A DNA stretch of 64,000 bases from Macrostomum lignano (lineage: Eukaryota): the NCBI GenBank assembly GCA_002269645.1, contig NIVC01002693.1, positions 1-64,000 of the forward strand, in the 5' to 3' direction. Position 1 is the stretch's first letter, and the number at the start of each line of letters is the position of its first letter. Below the pieces are notes generated by a model. The model was not told the origin of the DNA and did no database searches. It was given only the letters and a program-made list of their open reading frames with translations. Position numbers and translations under genes: made by a program. Positions 25,875-38,444 of this stretch are shown in pieces.

Positions 25875-28559
25875 GCAAATTGTAAAAAATCCTTTCTATC
25901 TGTAGCCGTAATTTTTTTCAAGTCGGTTTATCTCGTGGGTGATGTTTGTTCTGTAAAAAATCATAGCGTTTGGTGCTTTAAAAGCAAAGATTTTTGTTAT
26001 TTCCGAAAATCGATCTTGAATATCGCTCGGGGAATCCCTGCATAGGCTTATGCTGCTGCTGCTGCACCCTGAGTTGCAAGTGGGGCAATATATTGGAGCT
26101 TTAAAAAAGTCCGGAAGATGTAGTACTGTCTTTATAACAAATATTTATACAATTTTAGTTATTGTGACATAATTAATGTAACAATTTTTAAAGTGCTTTA
26201 AGAAATTAAATAATAAAATTTAACTGTGCAATCAAGAATTCTACATATACAACACTAAATCCCTACGTGTTTATTAAATTACATGATTAGTTTTGAGTAT
26301 AGTTTGAGTTAACCCTCATTTTGGAGATGCAGACACTCGCTTTAGCACCGGAGGCACGCATTCATTTTAGCAGCGCAGGCAATCATTTCGGTGCCGCAGG
26401 CACTTATTCAAGGACCACTACATACATATACAGTATAGTCCTTGCACTGATCATTTTGTCGCTCCTCTGTATTGAAACAAAATTACTGATTTCCACAACC
26501 GGGTCACAAAAGTTGCGGGAGGACAAAGCACTCGCATGTCCCCTGACAGCTTTTTCTGGAGGGACGTGGCCCCTGAACATCCCGGTGGCGATGCCCCTAG
26601 GACTAGTGTTTAAACTTGGCCGATTTTACATGTACCTCAATGACCATACACTGTATGTAAATAATCTAGCTTATATTATAAGCGGGACTGATGAGGAAGA
26701 AAAGGTACATGTAAGAAGAAGATCAGAGAGAAAAGGAAAGAGAGGGCTTGAGAAGATAGGAAAGAGAAGATACATTAGAGAAGGAGAGGCGAGAGAGGAA
26801 ATCAGGGGGAGCGCACTCAGGGGTGTGGGGTGCCCCCGGCCCTTTAGTTGCATGGCGGAGGCATGAAAAATGACAACAGGGATTATTAAGCGCGTTTATG
26901 ACAAAATATATGTAGAGATCGAGCCACACCCCATCTGTCCGTTTTTAGGTCTTCATGCCCTCTCTGCAGAATCCCCTTCAACAAATTTCTGGTTGCGCTA
27001 ATGGAGGAGATTAAAAGAGAAGAGAAGATCTAGATCTACTGGTAAAGATCAAGGCTTCGCGGCCGGTCCACATCAGGCTGTAGTCTCCTGGCTAGAATTC
27101 CTATAGCTACATTAATTGGTTTAGTCCTGAACTGAAGTGTCGATTTGCATTTTGTAAGCTTCGGGTGTCAATTTCGACATTCGATTGAATGCCCATAGGC
27201 TTTGACAAAATTTATCTGTAATTCCATCTACTGTACATGTACCGCAAAAGAATCTGTATAAAGAATCAAATGCTGCATGTATCTATTAAATCAAGTACAT
27301 TTAGATTCGAATCTGACTCTTACATTTAATGTACGCTCGTGATTATACATTATGAGCCAAATTATCCAGTTTGGGAATCATTACGCTCGTAGTCTAACTG
27401 CTTCGATTCTTGAACCATGCACCGCTTCAGACTCGCTTACATGTGCATATGATTGTTGGCATTTGATGGCCATTGCCATGCTATCGACTCGAAATCGTTA
27501 AATATGTTGTCCCAAAGGCTGCAATTATTGTCCAAATCTTTGTCGAATGATTTCGTTTTTAGCACCGCTGCGAGGACGCGGTCGAGGATCTCCTCAGGCT
27601 CAATTTATTCAGCTGTTGACTCACAATAGTCCTGATCCCCAATCAAAGACCCCCAATCCTGATTCCCAATCCTGGTCCCCATTAAATGACTCCCAATACT
27701 GATCCCCGATCCTGATCCCCAATGCTCATCCCCAATCCTGATCCCTATAAATTCTGATTCCCGATTCTGAGCGCAGGGTCTATACATGAATTTTTTTACT
27801 TTAGCGAGTCAAGTTCATGGTACATGGAATATATGTGGGGAACCTTGACTGATCTCGTAGCTACGTAGCAGACACCTGCATTCCCAACCTGCCCTTTATG
27901 TAACGCACCAACATTATACTCGAACACAGCCAGCGCACTTCTCTCTCACGAGCAAGCTAGAGTAGCAATTGCAGTTTGTGCAGCAGTATTGTTTTCAAAT
28001 ATGCACGATTCCTTCAGTTACTGTTGAATCGCTCGTACAAGCTTTAAAACTGACTATTCAATTAAATGCCTTTGGGGTCCCCACCTCCCCCAGCACTCCG
28101 TCTCCGAGCTCGATTCCACCTCGGTGAGGTTGGGGTCTGAGCTGCCTAGCAACAGCATAAGGGGCCAGAGCTGTCTCTATGCTCATGAGTGCAGTGGCGG
28201 CCCTTTAACTGTCCGTGTGCATCCGAAAACGATTCAGCTCAATTCACAGAGGTGCACAGAGACAGGCATTGATGCTGAGCTCTCGCTATTGTTCTCCATC
28301 TGCTTGCAAGTTTAGCTCTCTGCCAGCCTTCTTTTCTGCTTTTCTTCGTTTCGAGCTTTTCTATAAGAGATGCAGAAGGGGCTTCTTGGAGCGCCTCAGC
28401 TCGGATCGGTCTCAGGCTCAGGTGGACTTCAACTTTCAAAGACCGCATTGGCTTTTTTTGGAGCGGAGAAGCTACAGACACAACTTTACAGTTTTAGTTC
28501 CGAATTCTCACAACACAGCTCGCAAAGAGCAACCGGTGAGTGCCTGTCTCCATGGCTTT

Positions 28560-28623
28560 AGTGACTGTCTGTTTGTGTCTGTCTGTCTGTCTACATGTCT
28601 GTGTGTCTGTCTGTCTGTCTACA

Positions 28624-28684
<61 letters not shown>

Positions 28685-28720
28685 TTCTGTGTGTCTGTCT
28701 GTCTGTCTATCTGTCTGTTG
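28560..28720 (+). repeat. (CTGT)n microsatellite inside predicted 5'-UTR intron 28536-28758
   Basis: CCG|GTGAGT donor and TTCTCAG| acceptor flank the tract in both paralogs. Confidence 0.85.
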
Positions 28721-28884
28721 TACCCAACTATCATTTCAAACCCCTCTTGCATTCTCAGACGCATCTCAATCTCAAGCTTAGCCCAGCAGCTCAGCTCCGT
28801 CAGCACCTCGGCAGCGATCGGGTGACTCAGCCGCCCTTGAGCAGCCGAAGGCAGATCTGCGGCACGCAGGACTCGGGCAGCTCC

Positions 28885-31800
28885 ATGGCTGAGGTGAGCA
28901 CTGAGCAGCCGTCTTTCTATTGTGTTTGCTGTACTGTAGAAATCGTAAAATTGTATTTATCTTCATGAATTATCAAACTCAGTAGATCTGGCTCAGATTT
29001 GACCTTCAATATCACCGCTATTCTCCAGTTTTTCTCGCCTCCCTGTCTTCCGTCATCTTTTCTTCCTCCTCCACAAATATTGGACAGGCTGCTGCAGCCT
29101 GAGAGCCTGAGAATAGCGGGTCTCACAACCGCGCACTGGCAAAGGCGCTCACCATGAACTCGCTGCTCCGTTTTGAACGCAGTGCAAAATTTACTGAATT
29201 TTATTGCGCACTTTGACAGCGCTGCAGACGCAGTTTGCACTGCGCTGTTGCGTCACTCAAAGTTTGTTTGCTCGATTATTGCGCCAGACTTTGACAAAAC
29301 TTTCACAGCCGCGCCTGAGCCAGTGCGAGCTTGATGAAGCTGCTCTGCCGAATCCATAATCGATCCATAAAATGTGCACTGTGCTCTTCTAATACCTCAT
29401 GGCTATAGTTGTAGTTTTTTACTTGCAGTTTCACGCAAACTAAGCCCAATTTCATATTTAAAATTGTGCTTTGTGCTATTGTGCTAATTAGAACTGTGCT
29501 TCATGGTAATCTCGTAAATCTGAAGGCACTCCTTCAGATTATCTAATTAGGCAGTTTTGTCTTGGGATTTGCACTTATTTGGGTCCACTTATTTGGGAAT
29601 ATATGGTCTGAATCCTTGGCTGGGAATCATGCCGCAGTTTCTGTTTTTTGTGTTATGTGCGATGTACTCAACAGCTCTCGCAAAGTTGACAATGACGAGC
29701 ATCTCAGTGGCGCTTTGAGACGTCACGGAGTCGCAGCATTTCAGACCTGCATGATCTAAAAGGGCGATCACGTGACGTCACATCGCATTTCAGGCTCATT
29801 GGTTGTTGACTTAATGTGTAACGTCTTTACTCGATTACAATTTATTATTGTTAAGCTGGTTTTCTGTTCATGAATCCACTATCTCATTGAATGACAATAA
29901 ATATATTTATTGCGTTTATTCAAAATGACTGAATGATTCGGGATCAGAAGTTACTTTGTATATTTAAGTGTTCAAGCTTTCCCGAAGTGCCGGTTTTTGC
30001 AATGGGACATTCATTCCTCTACTAGTGCAAAGAAATTTAAAAGGTTGTGGGACTCTTGTGGCCTTCAGCATCAAGGATGTCAGGTGAACATGAAAGTCAA
30101 TATTTCACAAAGTTCGTCGAGAGACCCAGAGACTCCCACTCGTGAAAGGTGAAAGTCGAACTCAAAATCGAAATGCTTGCTGACTTAACATCTCAAAGTG
30201 TCTGAGGTTGAGCTGGGTGGTACAAGGTCTTTGACATATTTGTTAAGTAGAGCTGAGGAAGCAAAGTAAAAGCGCAATAACCAAAGAAAAGGGGCACCAT
30301 TGATGAGCATCACTCGGTAGCGCCTCATCTCTAGCTGAGAACAAGACGAGCCCGTCGGCGCAGCCAATGGAACAAAGCCGCCACTTCAGTCGGTATCGAC
30401 CTACGACAAATGCCGAACAAAGAAAGGTCTCAAAAATCCTTCATCATTGGCAGGAAAGTCGGTCCTCAGCACCCAGGCAGCAACCCTGACAGATACAGAC
30501 GCAAGCAGACTCGAACTCAATCACCCTGGAGCAACCGAGAGGATACGTCAAATGAGTTCCACATATCGTCTACTCTTGACACAACAACATTACTCGCCAT
30601 TGCCATGATAGCGGAAACCAGATGCTCTGGCACGCTCTAGCAGCAGTTATTCGGCACCTCCACGATTCCGCCTAGCGCAGTGCAGTTATGGGCGGCAGTA
30701 GCGCTGCGGCAGCCTCTTTGTCACTGAGTCAAGAACTAGGGGTCAATGATCGAACAGCAAGCAGACTTCACTATCAGCATCGGTGCTCCGCACTGCAATC
30801 GCGCATTCTGCCATGCACTTTTACTGCCCGTCGGCTTGCGAATTCGGTTGTTACTCTGGTGAATTCGAAACATTCACATTTGACAGGAGTACAGCAATCA
30901 CATTCCTGCACACTTAATAATATCGCTTTAACGAGTCAGTTCGGCGTTGCAATGGAGTTCCTTGTTAATGACCTAACAAGGAGTAATGGCAGGCAGCAAC
31001 ACAACCTTCATTATCTACCCGAGCAAATGTCAAATTCTCCAGCTAGATGCGTTTTGGTTGACGAATGCCCTCAACAAAACAGCACAGACAAGTCCGCAGC
31101 AATGCTCATCGACATGATAGCGGAAAACAGCTGCTCTGCAACCTTTCAGTCACATAGCACGGCACTGAAGACCGAACAAAGCCGAAACGTTTCTATTTTG
31201 CCCTCTGTAATTTACTAATATATCCCCGAGCTTCACTGCCAATTTTATACGCTACAACATACCCTCTAAATATAACAATCTACCCCATCCGCATTTCAGA
31301 GAGCTCTGAGTCCCAGCGAGCCCAGCGAATATGAGGCCTCCCAGACTCTCTACAGGCAGATCAAGCAGGCGGTAGCAGCCGGAGACGAACGGCTCACTGA
31401 TGATCTGCTGTTCCAGGTGTCCGAGAACATCGTCGGACCTGGAGAAGACTTCGCCAAAGGCGTCATTTTTGCTGCAGCTCGGGACAGAGACGGACTGCCG
31501 GTTCTTCGATTACTGGAGATGGGGCACGGGGTCGACATATTTCGGCTGATTGACAGCGATGGCGACTCGGTGACTCACCTGGCAGCGAAGAGTCAGACTG
31601 CGGAGACAATGGAGTTCTTGAAACATCTGCTGCAGGCAGCAGAAGTGGACTGGAACCCATTCGAAGCAAGAGATAGCAGGCAGAAAACAGTGATGCATAA
31701 GGCAGCTGAGAATCACACAGATCATGGATCGACATTCAAATGGCTGATCTTCGAACTCGAGGCAGACTGTCTCACTGACAAAGATGCAGACAATAACACA

Positions 31801-33435
31801 GTCATCCACATTGCGGCTGAGTTCCAGAAGGCGGAATCAATGCAGTTCATCAAAGAGAAGATGAATGGAGTCGAGTGTTTCAAGTTTAGAGGATTCAACA
31901 ACAGGACTGCAGTGCACTGTGCTGCCTGCAATGCTGTGAGCAGCTCAGCACTCGAGTGGCTGGTGAACGAGCTTGGACCAGACTGTCTCACTGACAGAGA
32001 TGCAATCAATGAAACAGCCATCCACCTTGCGGCTGAGGTCCAGAAGGCGGAATCAATGCAGTTCATCAAAGAGAAGATGAATGGAGTCGAGTGTTTCATG
32101 CTGAGAGGAATGCAAAACATGACTGCAGAGCACTGTGCTGCTTGCAATGCTGTGAGCAGCTCAGCACTCGAGTGGCTGGTGAACGAGCTCGAACCAGACT
32201 GTCTCACTGACAGAGATGCTAACAATAACACAGTCATCCACATTGCGGCCATATTCCAGAAGACGGAATCAATGCAGTTCATCAAAGAGAAGATTAATGG
32301 AGTCGAGTGTTTCAAGTTTAGAGGATTCAACAACAGGACTGCAGTGCACTGTGCTGCTTGCAATAAAATGAGCAGCTCAGCACTCGAGTGGCTGGTGAAC
32401 GAGCTCGGACCGGACTGTCTCACTGACAGAGATCAATTTAATGACACAGTCATCCACCTTGCGGCTGAGTTCCAGAAGGCGGAATCAATGCAGTTCATCA
32501 AAGAGAAGATGAATGGAGTCGAGTGTTTCAAGCTGAGAGGAAGTTGCAACACGACTGCAGTGCACTGGGCTGCTTGCAACAAAGTGAGCAGCTCAGCACT
32601 CGAGTGGCTGGTGAACGAGCTCGGACGAGGTTGTCTCACTGAGAGAAATGCAATCAATGAAACATCCATCCACCTTGCGGCTGAGGTCCAGAAGGCAGAA
32701 TCAATGCAGTTCATCAAACAGAAGATGAATGGAGTCGAGTGTTTCAAGCTCAGAGGATGGAACAAAAACACTGCAGTGCACTGTGCTGCTGGAAATACTG
32801 TGAGCAGCTCAGCACTCGAGTGGCTGGTGAACGAGCTCGGACCAGACTGTCTCATTGATAAAGATGCAGATAACTTGACGGTCATCCACATTGCGGCCGT
32901 ATTACAGAAGACGGAATCAATGCAGTTCATCAAAGAAAAGATGAATGGAGTCGAGTGTTTTAAGCTGAGAGATTGTGGCAACATGACTGCAGTGCACCGT
33001 GCTGCTGGAAATACTGTGAGCAGCTCAGCACTCGAGTGGCTGGTGAACGAGCTTGGACCAGACTGTCTCACTGACAGAGATGCAGGCAATGACACAGTCA
33101 TCCACATTGCGGCTGAGTTCCAGAAGACGGAATCAATGCAGTTCATCAAAGAGAAGATGAATGGAGTCGAGTGTTTCAAGCTGAGAGGATGGAAGAACAT
33201 GACTGCAGTGCACTGTGCTGCTTTCAATGCTGTGAGCAGCTCAGCACTCGAGTGGCTGGTGAACGAGCTCGGACCAGACTGTCTTACTGACAGAGATAGC
33301 TCACGTCGGTCAGTTTTATCAATCTGCGAACAATTTCAGTGCAAGCATGTTTTTGATCGACTGTCAAGTTGTGTTCGTACAAGGCGTGCTGTCTCTTTTG
33401 GGGCAATAGCCAACATTTTTAAGTTAAGAAGGTAA
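28885..33435 (+). CDS. Ankyrin-repeat protein, paralog 1: ATGGCTGAG micro-exon (28885-28893) spliced to exon 31300-33435; 7 x 72-aa units (31777-33288)
   Basis: TxxHxAA ankyrin motifs with 216-bp period. Donor GAG|GTGAG and acceptor TTTCAG| are in phase 0 and conserved in paralog 2. Confidence 0.85.
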
Positions 33436-35317
33436 TTTTAGGCCATAGGCAAGGCAACAGACGGTATCTTGTTCTGGAGGTTTCTGTTGTTAATATTGTC
33501 AATGTCATGGTGTACCACAGAATAATGCATGGAATGGTTGGTTGTTTGAGTTGGTTACTAAAACTAGCTTTAAACTGGCTTGAAACAAGTGAGTTCGAAA
33601 TTATTTCTTTTGAAAATCAAGGATGAGATACATCGTAAAATTGCGAGTATTCTAGTAAATTTGTTAGAAAACTTATATAATTGTTATAGCTATTGGTAAA
33701 CCACACGTACCATGCGACTTCAACTGCTATTCTTTGTTAGCTCGTGGTATAAGCATGTCTCCTAATCAAAGAGGTATAAAGCAAACTTGCTACATCAGCA
33801 GGTTCTGTGCGAGAGAGCTGACTAACTTTTCTGTGTATTTTCTGTGGTTTATATATACTCGTAGCTATGCAAAATGCTGATAAATAGAACCTTTAAATGC
33901 TGATCAGTTTATTGACATTGCTAATCCTGTTTGTGTTACTCGTAGTAATACGAGTAGTTGCATTCTGTGGGATACCAATAAATGCTACTGAAGTGGACTT
34001 TTAAATGCTGATTTTTTTTATCCTTTTTGTTTTATTAGTTAAATCGATTTTACTACTAAATAATGGTTACAGAGTATTAATTTAGAAGTGAGTTAAAATA
34101 TTGTTATTTTCTCTAACTTATCAGGTATTAACGCATATGAATTATTCCTCACATTTTCCTTTGCCTGATTTTTTTGAGAACTGTCGAAAATTATGAAGAA
34201 TTATTTGATAACATTAAAGCCATGAATAGATTCTTTCCTCCATGATTAAACCCTGTTTTAAGTTTGAAGTCAGTTTTTGGCTTTAAATTGATATTGACAT
34301 GTTTATTTTTTGTTACATTCATTTGCTTTAGCATGATCCATAATCATATTTCTCATTTCATCGATACTCAGTTTAACCAAGTGAATTTGCTTTCCTGTGG
34401 GCTTTTTTGTGCTTCGTTTTCGTGTAGCTAATGGAATCAAATTGCTAATCCTAGTGAATTAGTTGTTATTAATTGTTATTTAGCTTTACTGGTATCTTAA
34501 TAGTTCACCCTTACCTGACCCCTTGAGTTTCCTCACCATAGCTAAGCCTTGCATTATCAAATATTAACTAATAGATTTAACTTAGGTTTTACGATATTCT
34601 CCTTTGTTTGGGCTTGTTTATGTGTGGGATTCAGCTATGTTGGTTACAATATGTTTAAATAATATTTTGCTCGATATTGAATGTATATAGCTAGTGGCGT
34701 ACGCTGGCGGAGGCGGAACTCTCCCTTATGTTATTCAATTTATAAATCTCCCAAAATGACCCAATTATGGACATTTTATCAAGCACTTCAGCGTTATTAT
34801 TAATAAGCAAGTGCTGAATTCCTATATTTCCTAATTTATAGCTAGCTATAGCTATTTCTCTCTATATGAATTTGGCTTTCTGATCTTAAAACCCGTCTTA
34901 AACCGGAGCCAGTAGCTAGCATGATTGCTTCCATAAAAATTGTTTTGTTGTAGCTATGTATGTCCCTGTATTTTATGTTTTATAAATAATCAAAGTGATT
35001 AAGAATTCCCATACGCAGAAATATCCCCCCTCCTGCATGCGTCGCTATTCAATTATTGATATCTTCGACAGAGTCCCTGACATCGGCCAATGGCTGGATT
35101 AGAAGAAGTGCCCTTAAAACTTCGCCCACGACAGGCACTTTTGCTTATGTGACTGGTGAAGGTTTGAAAACCAACTGGACCCAAAAATACAAAAACCCGC
35201 CGGTTTTTGTATTGTATGAAATTGAAGTGTTTTTTATGTTTACTTGTTTTGGAAATAGAACTTTATTGTAAGTTGAATTTTATTGTAAATTGAATTGTGT
35301 TGGAAATTTAACTAACC

Positions 35318-35595
35318 CTCACTCTCTCACCCTCACTCTCTCACCCTCACTCTCTCACCCTCACTCTCTCACCCTCACTCTCTCACCCTCACTCTCTCAC
35401 TCTCACTCTCTCACCCTCACTCTCTCACCCTCACTCTCTCACCCTCACTCTCTCACCCTCACTCTCTCACCCTCACTCTCTCACCCTCACTCTCTCACTC
35501 TCACTCTCTCACCCTCACTCTCTCACCCTCACTCTCTCACTCACTTTTTCACTCACTCCCTCACACTCACTTTCTCACTGTCTCTCTCACACTCA
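35318..35595 (+). repeat. 14-bp simple repeat (CTCACTCTCTCACC)n
   Basis: Direct reading. Confidence 0.92.
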
Positions 35596-36359
35596 CACTT
35601 TTACACTCAGTTCACTCTTGGAATCCTGGCACACTATATACTCGTTCATACACAACATAATTTCACATGGTACTCGTACAAGTAGATGCACATGCCGTAT
35701 TATGCTCCTCCAATTGTAAGCTGCAAATGATATTTAATTTTCTCGCTGCACAGATAGGAGCCGAAAGTATTTTTGCAACGAAAATCGACTAATAAATATA
35801 AAAATGAAATAAGCTGAACTTGCAGATACACGCAATTCAGATACATGAAATGTACATTTTGTAATTCAAAATCGAAACTTGTGGTGATGTCTTTCTACAC
35901 GAATTCCTCAAAATAGCTACAAAATCTGTCGCACGTGAAGCCTCCATTCATTGTCTAGCAATTTGACGATCATTATTTACATTTTTATGCAGAACAATAT
36001 ATTACTACTAACAATGCATTGTTTGTAGGATGATCAAGCAGTATAACAATGCAAATAATCAGCGGTCGCAGCACGACACTGGGACCGCTGATTATTTATC
36101 CATTGCTACGCAGACAGAAAGCAGTTTGAAACAAAACAGAGCCGTTTAGCACAAGTTCAGCTTCATTATTGCCAAATATCTGATATTACCAATAATCATA
36201 GCTATATACCAAACTTGGTTCTGTAAGATCGCTTAAAAGCTCAAAGGCCTGCAGAGCAGTCCATAGACAAATTTGTCTTTTTTGCTGAATCGAGTGCACA
36301 CCCTAGAAGCCCAGAAGTAAAGTATACCACAGACTTTTTCTGCTAGCTCCTGTTCAAAC

Positions 36360-36690
36360 CTTCCTACCCACAAATTGCTTCTACGCGCCCGATAAGGACA
36401 GCTAAAAGTGACGCCTTGCGCAGACTGGGACTCGATTCCGATTCGGAAGACGCTTTATCAAGCGATGACTCAACGGTTTTTGAGTCAGAAACGGAGTCGG
36501 AAAGTATGGATCCAGAAACTGATGAGAGCCAAGATGAGGCGACCGCGGAATGGGTTGAATTAGCCCCCTGGACCCAGTAAAAAAGGGTCGAAATGACAAC
36601 TCGTTTGACCATGACGGCCGGAATTCCGAGGGTTTCGACCATCAATCCAAGCATCGATCTACCAGAAAATCCAGACGAAAGTGAAGTGAT
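36360..36690 (+). pseudogene. Acidic N-terminal fragment reminiscent of a piggyBac-like transposase
   Basis: Reads LRRLGLDSDSEDALSSDDS...DESQDEATAEWVEL with an internal stop. No catalytic domain seen. Confidence 0.3.
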
Positions 36691-37078
36691 TAAAGTTAGC
36701 TACATTTAATACGACCAAAACATACATTTGTGCATCACCTCATTTTCACTGCACACGCTTATTTCACCTTTAACATTTGAGTGAAAACATAACGGAAATG
36801 CACAATGGACTTCTTTAAATCAATCATGACCTGCACAGCAGGCCATACGGGCAGTTGCTTTAGTGATTGGGAGATGGTTTTTGATGCCATAGACATTGTT
36901 CAATCTCTGGATTTTTGGGCCGTTTCGATATGGCCTGCAGTGCAGGCCTTTGGCTTCCAAATGGTTAAAAGTCTGGCCAATAAACCTCGGGCAGAGCACA
37001 TGCATATTGGAGCCGCTTGATCCGTTTGTATGAATATTTCTGAAGTACAACAACAACAACAAAATACGTTGTCAATCA

Positions 37079-38436
37079 AACCTCGCAGGCCGCGCCCCGC
37101 GAGTGGACAACCGAAGCTGTTCAACCGGGTGCTGCTGGCTCGGTTACAGCCTGTGCTGGACCAGTTCCTGCGAACTGAGCAGAACGGGTTCCGCCCACAT
37201 CGCGGCACAGTGACGCAGATCCTAGCCCTCCGCCGCATCATCGAGGAGGCGCGCATCCATCAGTCAAGTCTCGTGGTGATCTTCATTGATTTCCTCAAGG
37301 CCTTCGACTCGCTGGCTCGCGGCGCGCTGCCTCTCGTGCTTCGTGCGTACAATGTACCGGAGCAACTGATTTCCGCCATCATGGCGATGTACCAGGACAC
37401 GACCGCTTCGGTGATGACGCCAGATGGACTGTCAGATCAATTCAGCACGTCGTCAGGCGTGCTGCAGGGTGACACTTTGGCGCCTTTTCTGTTTGTGCTG
37501 GCACTGGACTGGGTGCTGAAAACCGGCCTGCCCAACCTGGATGACGGCTTCCTTTTGAGAAGACGCACGAGTCGGTGGCACCCGGAGAAGCGGCTCTCCG
37601 TTCTCGGCTACGCGGACGACCTCGCGCTACTTTCATCGACGGCTGAAGGTGCCCAGCGGCTGCTTGATGGCCTGATGGCGGCAGCGTCGCGGGTCGGCCT
37701 TAAGCTGAACGCGCGGAAGACGGTAGTGTTCACGGTGCCCTCCGACTTGCCGGCCGAGATCAATTACCGAGACGCTGCCGGGAATGCATTTATGCTTACC
37801 CGCTGCGAGCGCTTTGTGTACCTCGGCGGTTCCGTGCCGGACGTTGCCGACGACCTGAAGAGACGACGAGGACTGGCCTGGGCCGCATTTCGATCTGTGC
37901 GCTCCGTGCTCCAATCTGAGGCCCTGGACGACGGGCTCAAGGCTCGGCTGTTTCAGGCAGTCGTCGAGACTGTCCTGTTGTACAACGCCGAGACTTGGAC
38001 CCTGACGGACGCCTTGGAGAGGCAGCTGGACGCTGCGCATGCGGCAATGCTGCGTGCGGCTTTCGGAGTGCGCAGCGGCCCAGGCAGCGAGACCAATGCC
38101 GCGCTCTACACTAGGGCGCGCCTGACGCGGCCTTCTGACCTGCTGCGCGGGCGGCGACTTCGACTGGCTGGCCACGTCATCCGGTCGGAGGCCCGCTGTC
38201 CTGAGCCGCTACACGACGTGCTGCTGCTCAAGCTGCAGGGACCGCGGAGGCGAGGCCAAGGGCAAACGGTGCGATACCCTAACCGACTTTTGAGTGACGC
38301 TGGCGCCCCGGACCAAGCAGGGGGATGCGACTTCCTGAGGGCAATGGCCCAGAGACGCGCTTTCTGACTGCTCCCCCCTTTCTGGCTACTGCGTGGCCGG
38401 CGGGAGCAGTACCTTGTTGTTGTTGTTGTTGTTGTT
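37079..38436 (+). mobile_element. 5'-truncated RTE-like non-LTR retrotransposon (RT + C-terminus)
   Basis: QNGFRP, FIDFLKAFDS, GVLQGDTLAPFLF, YADD and LLYNAETWTL motifs; (TTG)n tail; 11-bp TSD GTTGTCAATCA at 37068-37078 and 38437-38447. Confidence 0.92.
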
Positions 38437-38444
38437 GTTGTCAA

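Larger units (their letters stand above)
13950..26043. mobile_element. Foldback-like DNA transposon with compound terminal inverted repeats
   Basis: 13950-14120 (ATGCAGGGATTCCCCGAG...) is the near-perfect reverse complement of 25874-26043. Each is followed inward by 167-bp repeats in opposite orientation. Confidence 0.85.
27130..34330 (+). repeat. Segmental duplication copy 1 (paralog of ~41390-60640)
   Basis: Collinear shared blocks, e.g. TTTGAATCTGACTCTT-like, GATTCTGA.CG.AGGG, CTCCGAGCTCGATTCCACCT and the ankyrin exon. Boundaries approximate. Confidence 0.85.

Noticed and set aside
31463-33227. Long antisense ORFs over the ankyrin exons (also 57398-59773)
   Set aside because: Shadow frames of the repetitive sense ORF
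31777-33288. DGR-like adenine-directed mutagenesis as the source of ankyrin variation
   Set aside because: Some changes fit AAC to NNC, but others alter non-A and third positions (CAA, CGA, CTA, TTG). No template repeat or DGR-type RT is present.
34692-35046. Possible MITE with TAGTGGCGTACGC / GCATGCGTCGCTA ends
   Set aside because: The inverted match is too degenerate and no TSD is evident
37030-37080. PolyQ N-terminus of the 445-aa RT ORF
   Set aside because: It is the reverse-complemented (TTG)n tail of the older LINE plus the TSD
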